Shown here: one piece after another, positions 19,167 through 28,863 of the stretch
Layout of the letters: every line of letters starts with the position of its first letter
How positions within the stretch are numbered: position 1 is the stretch's first letter
IMG/VR virus record: IMGVR_UViG_3300040801_001572
Span: 50,655-114,654 of that record
DNA length: 64,000 nucleotides
Reading direction: 5' to 3' (one strand)
Source: a virus
Notes under the pieces: model-generated
What the model was told of the DNA's origin: nothing
Databases searched by the model: none
Seen by the model: the letters and a program-made list of their open reading frames with translations, nothing else
Program-made: the position numbers and the translations under genes

Positions 19167-21860
19167 ATGACGGATATCCATCGTTCACAAAGTGGCAATG
19201 TAGAATGGGCCGCAACACCAGATGCATTAGGTTTACCTAGAGACCTAGAAGGGTTATTCCTTGGTAATCTAGAAGTGCAAGGGACTATTACAGTTGAGGA
19301 CATTACTTCAACTACAGACCTTACTATTGATCCAACCGGAGATCTTATACTAAAGGGCGGAGTAACTTTTCCCCCGACTGCTGGCGCCAGTGGTGAAGTC
19401 CTTACTCTTGTCGATAACATGGGCACAACTGCTTGGCAACCAGGCGGCGGTGGCGGATCTACTAACTTCATTGGCTTAACTGACACACCTGGCACCTATG
19501 CAGGCCAATCTGGTTTTGCAGTAGTTGTCAATGGTGCTGAAGATGGATTAGAGTTTGTATCACTAGCAGGCGGCACAACAGATTTCACAGGCTTAACTGA
19601 TACACCAGCTAACTATACCGGCGCAGCATTAACGCTGGTTAGAGTAAACGCAGGACAGACTGCACTAGAATTTGGAGCAGACCTAAGTAACCTAGACGAC
19701 GTGAGTGCATCTGTACCAAACGATGGCGATGTACTAACCTGGAACAACACAGGCAGTACATGGGAACCTTCTGCTCCAACTGGCGGCGCCAGTGATTTTG
19801 TAAGCTTAACTGATACCCCGGCTAACTACTCGGGCGCAAGCGGGCTGTTTGTCCGTGTAAATGTAGGCGAAACCGGGTTAGAATTCGTGGCAGGAAGCGG
19901 TAGTGGACTCAACGACGTAGTCGACGACCTTACCCCGCAATTAGGCGGTGATTTAGACGTAAACGGCTTTGATATTATAAGTGTGTCGGGCAACGATATT
20001 AATCTTCTTCCTGACAGCGGAATCGTTAACTTGGGAACTGCAGGCGATGCAACAATTTCTAGTGACCCAGGCAGCGAATTAATACTTGAATCGGGCACAG
20101 GTACAGTTACTATAGGTTCGAGCGGCACTGCAATTATTACATCAGATCCAGCAGAAGACTTAGAACTAACTCCTGGTGCAACACTAGTGCTAGACGGATT
20201 AAACTGGCCAACAGCAGATGGAACAAATGGTCAAGTACTAACTACAGACGGAGCCGGTACACTAAGCTTTACCACAGTAGCAGGCGGTAGTGGACTCAAC
20301 GACGTAGTCGACGACCTTACCCCGCAACTAGGCGGAAATCTAGATGTGAATGGCCAAAGTATTGTCTCTGTTAGTAATGGCAATATTGATATTACTCCAG
20401 ACGGCTCCGGTCAAATCACATTCGGCGGCAACCCAGTGTTGATTACTACAGGTGCAATGCAGCTAGAGTCCGGAACTGATTTTGATGTTGTCGCTGGCGC
20501 CGGTGACCTATCTCTATCGAGCGGCGGAGGAGCAGGCCAAGATATTAATCTTTTTGCAGGCGCTCTCGGTAACATGAATTTCGACAACGGGTCTGGTGTC
20601 ACACCATTTGTTATTGTGCCGACTGCATCTGGTGCAAACGCTCTGCAACTTGCAGCCGGAACAACAGGCAACGGACCGACTTTATCTGCAACAGGTGAAA
20701 CTAACAGCGATATTGTTATCCTTCCTGCAGGAACAGGTGTTATTAGTGTAGCAGGTACCACTGATTACGAAAACAACGTAACCGACGACGACGATATTCC
20801 TAACAAGAAGTACGTTGACGACGAAATTGCTGCTATTTCTGCGGGCAACCAAATTAGCCAATTAGACTCTAGCGTAACAGTTACTGACACAGGCTCTGAT
20901 GGTACCATTACCACTGTTGCAGATAGCACCACAATGATGACCACAACATCGACTGGTACCACATTTAATACCGGTACTGTTAGTGTTACAGCACTTGATG
21001 GTGTCACAGGCGAAGCAGGCAATGCGTTAAACGGTGCCGATGATGGCACACTAACGTATGTTGATGGTTCTGGAACACTAACATTGATGAGTGGCGTTTG
21101 GTATGGCGATTCCGGCAAAGGTGGACCTGTCGTAGGATTCGACGGAGGTGAAATACATTTCGCTGCTGCAACGAACGACGGACTGACAATTAACAACACC
21201 GGTATTCAGGGAAGCAGCCAACAAAACTTAATACTAGAAGCAAACAGTACATTTGATCTGTTTATCCAGTCTAACACTGGTGACATCATCCAGAGAGTAA
21301 ATGGTGATGTCGTGCTAAGGTTGTCTAATCCGAGCAACGAAACAGTAAACGGTTTGCAGATTGACGGTGCTATCACCGGAAACAATCCTACTATCAGCAT
21401 TGAAAACACACTTAACACACCAGACACTAATGTCGATATTGTTATTGTTCCAAATGGAACAGGTGTTATTAGTGTAGCTGGCACAACCAACTACGAAGAT
21501 AACGTAACTGACGACGACGATATTCCTAACAAGGCGTATGTCGATCCTACTGTGCAAGCAGGCGGCACAGTAACCGCTAACACAGATTTTGATCCTGATA
21601 GCGGTACAGAAATTCATTGGACATTCGGCGCAGCAGCTACAGCAGAAGTTGGTTTTGCAGCATCTAGTATACCTTCTACAGAAGTCACAATGGAAGTTAC
21701 AAATGGTGGGCAAGGCACACTTACTTGGGGCTCAGAAATACAGTGGGCAGGCGGTACTGCACCTACACTAACAGCAGCAGGAACTGACTTGTTAAAATTC
21801 TGGACTAGAGATAGTGGTACTACTTGGATAGGCTGGACTGTAGCTCTTAACGTAAGTTAA
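19167..21860 (+). CDS. Fibre-like virion structural protein
   Basis: Gly/Thr-rich with internal repeats (LTDTP, LNDVVDDLTPQLGG, DDDIPNKxYVD); upstream TAAATA late promoter. Confidence 0.7.
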   Translation: MTDIHRSQSGNVEWAATPDALGLPRDLEGLFLGNLEVQGTITVEDITSTTDLTIDPTGDLILKGGVTFPPTAGASGEVLTLVDNMGTTAWQPGGGGGSTNFIGLTDTPGTYAGQSGFAVVVNGAEDGLEFVSLAGGTTDFTGLTDTPANYTGAALTLVRVNAGQTALEFGADLSNLDDVSASVPNDGDVLTWNNTGSTWEPSAPTGGASDFVSLTDTPANYSGASGLFVRVNVGETGLEFVAGSGSGLNDVVDDLTPQLGGDLDVNGFDIISVSGNDINLLPDSGIVNLGTAGDATISSDPGSELILESGTGTVTIGSSGTAIITSDPAEDLELTPGATLVLDGLNWPTADGTNGQVLTTDGAGTLSFTTVAGGSGLNDVVDDLTPQLGGNLDVNGQSIVSVSNGNIDITPDGSGQITFGGNPVLITTGAMQLESGTDFDVVAGAGDLSLSSGGGAGQDINLFAGALGNMNFDNGSGVTPFVIVPTASGANALQLAAGTTGNGPTLSATGETNSDIVILPAGTGVISVAGTTDYENNVTDDDDIPNKKYVDDEIAAISAGNQISQLDSSVTVTDTGSDGTITTVADSTTMMTTTSTGTTFNTGTVSVTALDGVTGEAGNALNGADDGTLTYVDGSGTLTLMSGVWYGDSGKGGPVVGFDGGEIHFAAATNDGLTINNTGIQGSSQQNLILEANSTFDLFIQSNTGDIIQRVNGDVVLRLSNPSNETVNGLQIDGAITGNNPTISIENTLNTPDTNVDIVIVPNGTGVISVAGTTNYEDNVTDDDDIPNKAYVDPTVQAGGTVTANTDFDPDSGTEIHWTFGAAATAEVGFAASSIPSTEVTMEVTNGGQGTLTWGSEIQWAGGTAPTLTAAGTDLLKFWTRDSGTTWIGWTVALNVS
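19897..20327 (+). repeat. 44-nt perfect direct repeat pair within fibre gene (19897-19940, 20284-20327)
   Basis: gcggtagtggactcaacgacgtagtcgacgaccttaccccgcaa occurs twice. Confidence 0.85.
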
Positions 21861-22372
21861 TATCTACAATCTTTCATCATTTCAAACACTTCGATATAAT
21901 GTCTGAATTTAGTCTTAACATTCTGTAGAATGTTTAAGTACTCGAGTTTTTCGCTTTCTTTTTTGTTGTAGTGCTCGATTTGAAATTCAGTGATAACTTG
22001 GCAATCTTCTTTTAAGTCTCTTATCAATTCATCGACCCATCTGTGGTCTTTGAACTGATCGATTAGCCAAACACAAAAATCGTTTTCTTCGTCGTACTTG
22101 AATAATACTTCTTGTAGATTCTGATATAGTGCATCAACGGGATTAATTGATCTTCTATAATCTGCTAGGATGGTAGGGTATCTATATTTTGTATTCTTGC
22201 TGTTAAGATTATTAAGCAATCGATTGTAATTGTCGAAAAAGCTATTCGGTCGACATGAAGTGTTACGACATTTGCTACCCACGGCAATAGAACGCTGTTC
22301 TTGATTTTCATCAGCGGCACGTTCTCTTAATCGTTTTTGTGCTTCCAGGAAGCAAATGATCTTAGCACTCAT
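21857..22372 (-). CDS. Hypothetical protein
   Basis: ORF preceded by TAAATA-N5-ATG. Confidence 0.65.
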   Translation of the reverse strand: MSAKIICFLEAQKRLRERAADENQEQRSIAVGSKCRNTSCRPNSFFDNYNRLLNNLNSKNTKYRYPTILADYRRSINPVDALYQNLQEVLFKYDEENDFCVWLIDQFKDHRWVDELIRDLKEDCQVITEFQIEHYNKKESEKLEYLNILQNVKTKFRHYIEVFEMMKDCRY

Positions 22373-22387
22373 GCTAATATTTAGCTG

Positions 22388-22822
22388 TTATTTGTGTTGC
22401 TCTAAGATCATGTGGAGTTTTTCTACCGATTTTTTCTTGCAAAGTGACTGTTTTGCACCACTGTGCATTGGTTTAGGCCATACACCTAATTTTGTCCAAG
22501 CATAGCCAACAGCTTCCTGGTTGATGTCGGGTGTAAACTCACTGTCAACTACACATACGAATGTGTAATAACGAAAGTGGCCATCTTTTGATTCGTATAT
22601 ATCAAACGGATAGAATTTTTCAATGTCCGGAACAAACCCGATCTCTTCGTCAAGTTCTCGCAGCAAAGTCTCTTTAGGGGTTTCTCCTGATTCCATCATA
22701 CCTCCCCATAGACTCCAGCACAGGCTATGTGTTTTATAGGGTGCTCTTAGATTAAGCATGACGCGAGAAGTTTTAGAGCAAAGAAAGATTGCACCAACTC
22801 CGGTCTTTTCTGTTTCTTTCAT
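22388..22822 (-). CDS. NUDIX hydrolase
   Basis: WGGMMESGETPKETLLRELDEEIG Nudix box. Confidence 0.9.
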   Translation of the reverse strand: MKETEKTGVGAIFLCSKTSRVMLNLRAPYKTHSLCWSLWGGMMESGETPKETLLRELDEEIGFVPDIEKFYPFDIYESKDGHFRYYTFVCVVDSEFTPDINQEAVGYAWTKLGVWPKPMHSGAKQSLCKKKSVEKLHMILEQHK

Positions 22823-22823
22823 G

Positions 22824-24266
22824 TTAGCACTGATCACTTGGACTCTGGTCCAAAGGATCTCCGTTATCTGTACTTGTTGCTAGATTTTCTACTCTCCAGT
22901 AGCCCGGGAAATATTCTCCCAGGTATGTGAACACCCAGCCATCGTCTGTAAATTTATAATGGTTAAGCGATGAAAGATTTACAACGTATTGATCTGTATT
23001 TTCAGTTTGGCTGTTGAAACTCACAAACCAACGAGTTCCGTCGTATTCGATGATGTCGTTCTCGTTTGCACGTATAATTCCCCAAGGAGAATTTGCAGCA
23101 TCGGGTGTTGCAGCTTCTTCGCCGTTTGTTAGATCACTAACTAGCAAATATCTTTGCCCTGGAGCAGAGGCAGGAAGTTCTTTACCTGGCAATTTCTTGT
23201 GCGGGTCTACAATTGCATCAATTGCAGGAATCGTACTAGGCAAAGTATCTTCATCAACTGTGAAGGTTAAAATGTTCGGTCTGGAGTCGTCATATGCTAC
23301 TGTGCCCAGTATGTCCGAATCGAAGTTTTCGATATCGTCGTCGAGCTTGAGTCTAATCCGCGTCTCGTTGTCTTGCAGATTACCGTATGCTTCAAACAAG
23401 CTCCTCCAACTGAGAGTAGGATCTGCTACTCCGTGTTTAGTGAGAAGTATAATTTCGTTGTTTGCGATTCCGTCTGTGCCTACGCCGATTCTAAAGTTAC
23501 CAGGCGTAACGATGCATTGTGCTAATCTTCCTCCTAAGCAACCAAATGGATCGTATATGCTCTCGTCAAAGTCGTCAGGATCAATTGCATTTACATCGTG
23601 CATGTTAGTCACAATCTGTTCGATTATCTTAATGTGCTTAACTTTAGCAGGCGGATTAATCCAAATTGGTATTTTAAACTGCATACTTGCAACATCTCTG
23701 TCTGCTTCGGTGCCTTGCGGTATACCTCTGTTGCTCCAATTGATGTCAACTAGTTCTAATTCGAATATGCTAGTCCAGTCAAATTTGTTTGAGTTTTGTT
23801 GTAGCTGCACCATCGGGTTAAAGATAGTCATCAGTTGCTCTAAAATTTGTAGCTTAGTTGTGGTCGTAGTTGTCCATATATCTAGCTGCATAGTTAAGTC
23901 GTAAGGAACAGGCATGTAACGTTCGATAGTATAGCGATTACCGACTTCGTTGCCGTACTCGCCGTTTTCAAAGCTGCGTTCTATCGCATTAATCTTGCTT
24001 TCAAACGCAGGATCCTGTCTTCGCTGTGGAGCCAGTTCTAAGTTTGCAATCCATGCAGCCATCATTGGACTAGGCAGAACTGTGTTTTCGCTTTGTCCTT
24101 TAATGATCTGAGAAACCATCCAAGAAGGATCACCGTATACAATTGGCACACGAGTTTGGACCAGTGTACCTTCATCTAAGCTGCCAGATTCTATCTTGAC
24201 ATCACTGAACGCACGGATGAACTGAAGTAAGTAACGCCTTACTTGACCATCATAGTGAAAATCCAT
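22824..24266 (-). CDS. Tail sheath stabiliser/terminator, gp15-like with C-terminal extension
   Basis: FHYDGQVRRYLLQF, VPIVYG, MPVPYDLTMQLDIW..QILEQ. Confidence 0.75.
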   Translation of the reverse strand: MDFHYDGQVRRYLLQFIRAFSDVKIESGSLDEGTLVQTRVPIVYGDPSWMVSQIIKGQSENTVLPSPMMAAWIANLELAPQRRQDPAFESKINAIERSFENGEYGNEVGNRYTIERYMPVPYDLTMQLDIWTTTTTTKLQILEQLMTIFNPMVQLQQNSNKFDWTSIFELELVDINWSNRGIPQGTEADRDVASMQFKIPIWINPPAKVKHIKIIEQIVTNMHDVNAIDPDDFDESIYDPFGCLGGRLAQCIVTPGNFRIGVGTDGIANNEIILLTKHGVADPTLSWRSLFEAYGNLQDNETRIRLKLDDDIENFDSDILGTVAYDDSRPNILTFTVDEDTLPSTIPAIDAIVDPHKKLPGKELPASAPGQRYLLVSDLTNGEEAATPDAANSPWGIIRANENDIIEYDGTRWFVSFNSQTENTDQYVVNLSSLNHYKFTDDGWVFTYLGEYFPGYWRVENLATSTDNGDPLDQSPSDQC

Positions 24267-24456
24267 TCTCGGTGTTTCCCTTAGGTTCGTTGGTTTTGAT
24301 GTGTCGTCTAAGACTGCCGTTTATTCTTTTTTCTTTGCGAAGCTTTTTCTTAAGCCTTGCAATTTCTTTGTTTTCGGGCTCGACAGTTGTTTTAGCAGCA
24401 GATGTAACACCCATGAGCTCGTCTAACTCTTTCTTCCAATCGTTGTGTGTTCTCAT
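24250..24456 (-). CDS. Small basic hypothetical protein
   Basis: Coupled between gp14- and gp15-like genes. Confidence 0.5.
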   Translation of the reverse strand: MRTHNDWKKELDELMGVTSAAKTTVEPENKEIARLKKKLRKEKRINGSLRRHIKTNEPKGNTENGFSL

Positions 24457-25640
24457 TCTGCACCATCTAGTTTCTTAGCAATACGACTTCTTTTTTCTTC
24501 GTTGTCTTTTATTTCTTGCTTCTTCTCAGCATTAAGATCTTCACGCTGAGGAATGACTTCACTGATAGATTGTTTTTCTCTCACTGTAGTACCGTCGTCT
24601 AACACAGTTTCGTTGATGTTGTCGATGTAAGTATCTAAGCGCCTATTGTATGCAGTCCATACTTTTCTTAGATCATCTTCGATCCTTACATAACAATTGC
24701 CTTGCTTCTGGAACAAACGATCGGGTTCAAAATCTAGGCGCAGGAAGTATTCTCCGTCGTTCATATCTTCGGGGAACTGTGTACCCATTCCTACAAGCGG
24801 AGCACCATTAGGAGGTACGCCGTCGCCGCCAGCCCAATACTCTACACAAGGGTAATCGTTCTCATCTAATGTTATCCAAAGATGCGCAGTCTCGAAATAT
24901 TTAGGATCAAAACAAACATTATCTTCTGCTTCTTGGATAATTTCGTCTGTGATACCTAGTATCTTGCAATATCTATTCAGGCTGTCGATTAAATCTCTGT
25001 TGGTACCAAACCCAGGGTTTCCATCTGCATCTACTGTTTCCGAATAACCCGGTGGCATAAGACCAGTGCCTTCACCTTCTGCACCAGCAGTATCGCCTGT
25101 TGCTGCTTTGTCGAGTATATCTTGAAACTCTGGCGCCGCAGGCATCTTCTTGGCTCTTACTTTCCAGAGATGCGGTCTCCAAGTGAACGAATATCCTGGT
25201 GCAGAAAATAGCGCATCTTGAACAACGTAGTAATCGTTTACCCATCCCCCTTCTAGAGTCACGTCTCTTTTGTTCGGTAGCTCAATAATATCTCCTGCCA
25301 TGATCTTTCTGCCAAGCAAGCGAATCATATCATTGTAGTGGAATGTGAATCTCAGCGTATCACTTGAAAGGAATATACCAAATTGGGTAAGATCGTAATC
25401 TACGTCCTCTGGTGTGTAGAAACCTCGCACCTCGTACACAGTGTCGTCGTAGTTTCTATCTCTGTTTTCCAGGAACAGAAAGTCTTGTATATCGGTTACG
25501 TCTTCTTCGCCGCCTTCTACACCGATGTATTTGTGAAGTAATGTTCCTACACCGCCAATAAACAGATTTTCGCCCGATACCTGATCAGCGTATTCGTAAT
25601 CTAATCCCTTGTGCGGGTTCCACATTGATATCTTCGGCAT
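24453..25640 (-). CDS. Neck protein, gp14-like
   Basis: MPKISMW start with SD; FLFLENRDRNYD, LTQFGIFL, GDIIELP. Confidence 0.7.
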   Translation of the reverse strand: MPKISMWNPHKGLDYEYADQVSGENLFIGGVGTLLHKYIGVEGGEEDVTDIQDFLFLENRDRNYDDTVYEVRGFYTPEDVDYDLTQFGIFLSSDTLRFTFHYNDMIRLLGRKIMAGDIIELPNKRDVTLEGGWVNDYYVVQDALFSAPGYSFTWRPHLWKVRAKKMPAAPEFQDILDKAATGDTAGAEGEGTGLMPPGYSETVDADGNPGFGTNRDLIDSLNRYCKILGITDEIIQEAEDNVCFDPKYFETAHLWITLDENDYPCVEYWAGGDGVPPNGAPLVGMGTQFPEDMNDGEYFLRLDFEPDRLFQKQGNCYVRIEDDLRKVWTAYNRRLDTYIDNINETVLDDGTTVREKQSISEVIPQREDLNAEKKQEIKDNEEKRSRIAKKLDGAE

Positions 25641-25765
25641 AGGAGTCTCCTTTTTACTATTTATCTTATAAATTTCTAGAAAGTCTGTGCAGTGATAAAT
25701 ACATGAAACTTCCGTGACTAGCAGCAATTGCTAGACAGACAATAGTCTGACATAGGAGACACAGT

Positions 25766-27139
25766 GTGGCAGTAACAATAAATGCGAAGGGAACTTCTTC
25801 GCAGAACTTTAATATCGGTAAGCAGGGAAACGGAACAGCTACTCTTAGCACATCCGGCTCTAATGACCTGCAACTTTCACCAGGCGGATCGTTAATCTTA
25901 GATTATGTGTCTTTTCCTGCCGAAGATGGTCAGAACGGACAAGTTTTAACCACAGACGGTGCAGGTAACCTTACATGGGAATCAGTTGCCGCAGGCGGAG
26001 GACTTAATAATGTAGTCGAAGACACTTCTCCTCAGCTAGGTGGCAATTTAGACGTAAATGGATTTGATATTGTTAGCGTCGGTGCCACTGACGTTGTTAT
26101 AGAATCAGGATCGGGCAACATTGTGTTAGGTGCCACAGGAGCAGCAACCCTTGCATCTGACCCGGGACAAGGTCTAGCTCTCGAATCAGGTTCGGGTGTA
26201 GTTTCGGTAGGTGTTTCGGGAACTGGCATAATTACTACCGACCCGGGCGAGGATCTGATAATTGCAGCAGGAAGTAATACACTGCAAATCGGAGACACAA
26301 GCACGGGCTCTACTGTAATTGCAACAGACTCGGGCGAGGACCTAGTGTTCGAGTCTAGTTCCGGAACGGTGTTCTTTGGCACTAGTGGCGCTAGCGAGAT
26401 TACAACAGAGAATAACGAAGACCTTACTCTCAAAGCTGGCAGCGGGAATGTTATATTAGGCGAATCGGGTGCTGCAACCTTAGCAACCGATCCTGGTCAA
26501 GGACTTGCATTAGAAGCAGGCTCCGGCGTAGTAACAGTTGGTGTGTCAGGCACCGGAACTATCGGCACCGATGCAGGTGAAAACTTAGAATTGGTTCCAG
26601 GCAGCGCAATTGTTGCAGTAACAGGCGAACTAACTACAACTACTGGTTTGACAGCAGGCGACCTAACAGCAGAAGAAGTTGTATATGCAGGAACAGGCGG
26701 CAAACTGTCATCGGATGCAAACTTCACATACGACGGAACCGTATTAACAGTCGGCACATTTAGCGGAGACGAACTACAGTTAGCAGGCACAGGTGGAAAT
26801 AGATTTGTAGTTGACGGCAGCGCTAACCCAATCGCACCAGCATACACTAATTTAAATTTTGACTACGACACAACAGCTAATACAGCATATTCGTTTAACA
26901 CATACACCAGTGTTGTTAATTATCAGTATAATTTTGTCGATGGGTTTGTTTATACTAACAGGAACGACACAGCGAATGCTCCGGCACCTACTAATAATGT
27001 GTTAACGTCGAAAGCATATGTTGACGGACAAATATCAGGACTGCAATCGCAAATTGATACCATTAACACAACACTGTCTTCTCTGCAGAGCCAGATTGAC
27101 GCACTTGATGTCAGAGTCGATGCCCTAGAGAATCCGTAA
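25766..27139 (+). CDS. Fibre-like structural protein related to 19167-21860
   Basis: Shared LNNVVEDTSPQLGGNLDVNG and DGQNGQVLTTDGAG motifs; C-terminal coiled coil. Confidence 0.65.
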   Translation: MAVTINAKGTSSQNFNIGKQGNGTATLSTSGSNDLQLSPGGSLILDYVSFPAEDGQNGQVLTTDGAGNLTWESVAAGGGLNNVVEDTSPQLGGNLDVNGFDIVSVGATDVVIESGSGNIVLGATGAATLASDPGQGLALESGSGVVSVGVSGTGIITTDPGEDLIIAAGSNTLQIGDTSTGSTVIATDSGEDLVFESSSGTVFFGTSGASEITTENNEDLTLKAGSGNVILGESGAATLATDPGQGLALEAGSGVVTVGVSGTGTIGTDAGENLELVPGSAIVAVTGELTTTTGLTAGDLTAEEVVYAGTGGKLSSDANFTYDGTVLTVGTFSGDELQLAGTGGNRFVVDGSANPIAPAYTNLNFDYDTTANTAYSFNTYTSVVNYQYNFVDGFVYTNRNDTANAPAPTNNVLTSKAYVDGQISGLQSQIDTINTTLSSLQSQIDALDVRVDALENP

Positions 27140-27174
27140 TTGACAACAAACAGTCTTGGTCGTAATGTATAAGG

Positions 27175-27558
27175 ATGAATAGACGTCTCGACCAAGGCAT
27201 AGTTAGTGCTATAGAAGTTTTCTTTATGTACGGCATCGATCCGGGATCGTGCACCAGTCTTTTGCTACAAGGCAAATACGACGAAGCAGTAAATCACGCA
27301 CATTCTTTTTATCGTGCAGGAATGACTGAAGAGTGGTCGAGCTTGCTTTGGTTCATCGATACTTGCGTACCCCATTGCTGCAAAGGGGCGAATTACAATA
27401 CGTGGCGAGGCTGGATCGACGAAAGCAAAGAGAATCCAGAACTACTCACATATATAAAGCTTACGCTAACTGACGATACTAATTTGATGCTATGGTTAGC
27501 ACAGCACGAAGCACTGTGCTTGATAGGAATAGAAGATGGCAAACCAGTTGTTCGATGA
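27175..27558 (+). CDS. Hypothetical protein
   Basis: ORF just after a TTGACA-N17-TAATGT promoter. Confidence 0.6.
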   Translation: MNRRLDQGIVSAIEVFFMYGIDPGSCTSLLLQGKYDEAVNHAHSFYRAGMTEEWSSLLWFIDTCVPHCCKGANYNTWRGWIDESKENPELLTYIKLTLTDDTNLMLWLAQHEALCLIGIEDGKPVVR

Positions 27559-27937
27559 TAGCATGACACGTTGGGCGGAAGCTGCAAAACAGTTCCGCGC
27601 AGATTTACATGAGATCACTTATTTCTCTAGAGACAGAAGAAATCGATATCAGGAAATTTACGCCAGTCACGGTGGCGATCGAAACATATACGTATACCTC
27701 AATATGTTCACACACGAAATACTTCGTATTGTGATCTCGTGCGATTATTCTGCTGACTCGCACCAGAATCAAACCGAATCAGTTGACATTTTAACTAACG
27801 ATGCTAACTTAAAACTTCAGATCGAGAGTTTAGACTCGGTCAGAGAAATGCGTGAATCGATGTCAGTATGTCGCAAACTTGCATACGAAGACACAGTTTA
27901 CGCTACATTAAAGTATGGAAAATTGAAACCTTTCTAA
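27536..27937 (+). CDS. Hypothetical protein
   Basis: ORF track; coupled to previous gene. Confidence 0.6.
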   Translation: MANQLFDDSMTRWAEAAKQFRADLHEITYFSRDRRNRYQEIYASHGGDRNIYVYLNMFTHEILRIVISCDYSADSHQNQTESVDILTNDANLKLQIESLDSVREMRESMSVCRKLAYEDTVYATLKYGKLKPF

Positions 27938-28054
27938 AGAAGGAGTCGAACATGAATTAACATGTTGTTATAATTTTCAACTATACTTAAGAATGCTCGG
28001 GTACGAGCTGCCTCTAGTTGGAAGGAATGTCCGCCACCAATTATGTAAAATATT

Positions 28055-28440
28055 CGACAACAGACCCTGGGACATAAAGGCTGTTGTGGGTTGATCACAA
28101 ACCTAACCGAAATTTGTGTGCCTCTTGTTCAGCCTTACATGAATAATGCAAACTAGTCAACGATGGTAGTACCCGCTGCTTTAGTAAGGATAGGCAGCGA
28201 CATTTAAGTGAAACTGTGCGGCATTGGAGCCGCGTCGACAAGGGAGAGTTTACTCCCAGTACAAGATAGCACAGACGCTGTGAGCGGAAATACGTCAGAG
28301 ACTGCCAAATCGCAGTGACCAATTTTTCTGCAAGATGGTGCTCGCAGAAGAGCAATCAGCTGAATCCCCTGAGTGGACAAGTCGATGGCGATGACCTTGT
28401 GCAAAGACGGACAGTGGGCGGGGTAGAGTCCGCCCTCACT
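28055..28440 (+). ncRNA. Candidate large structured ncRNA upstream of the tRNA array
   Basis: ORF-poor and hairpin-rich; terminal GC hairpin at 28412-28440. Confidence 0.4.
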
Positions 28441-28468
28441 TAATTACTCACTTTTTTATAAAAAGCAG

Positions 28469-28496
28469 TTGACAGAACATAAATAAACTTTATACT
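28469..28496 (+). promoter_or_regulatory. tRNA array promoter P1
   Basis: TTGACA-N16-TATACT followed by GC-rich discriminator GCACCGC; AT-rich upstream. Confidence 0.8.
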
Positions 28497-28562
28497 GCAC
28501 CGCATTGTTTAGCGATTTTGGCATTGAAGGCCAAAAACTGCAAAAAAACCTGTTAAAAGAGG

Positions 28563-28591
28563 TTGACTTTTGTTTGGAAGCTAAATATAAT
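28563..28591 (+). promoter_or_regulatory. tRNA array promoter P2
   Basis: TTGACT-N17-TATAAT. Confidence 0.85.
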
Positions 28592-28651
28592 TGCGGAACA
28601 GTTAACGAGTTCCACTGCGTTGGGCTCTAATTAAAGGAAATGGTAAGACAA

Positions 28652-28804
28652 ATGTTTACGATATTACACGACAAGCAACTCGGACATCGCTGGCAAGCGA
28701 CCGCATCCGTGTTGGCGTGTGGATCAGAACTGAGTCTGATGGAACCTGGCTTTAATTATGATCCGATTAGCGCAGCTTCTTTAGGGGAGGAAGAGCTTTA
28801 CTAG
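28652..28804 (+). CDS. Putative attenuator leader peptide (50 aa, contains all 20 amino acids)
   Basis: MFTILHDKQLGHRWQATASVLACGSELSLMEPGFNYDPISAASLGEEELY; AAGGA at 28634-28638; second in-frame ATG at 28640. Confidence 0.7.
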   Translation: MFTILHDKQLGHRWQATASVLACGSELSLMEPGFNYDPISAASLGEEELY

Positions 28805-28863
28805 AATGACTTAGTGAACTCAAGCAAGAACCTAAAGAAGCAGCTCAAGAAGCTGCTTTTTTT
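28772..28863 (+). terminator. Antiterminator/terminator switch (attenuator)
   Basis: Terminator AAGCAGCT-caaga-AGCTGCTT+T run (28838-28863); GCTTCTTTAGG (28775-28785) perfectly complements CCTAAAGAAGC (28831-28841). Confidence 0.8.

Noticed and set aside
23014-23904. 296-aa plus-strand ORF
   Set aside because: Antisense shadow of the gp15-like gene; Ser-rich with no motifs.
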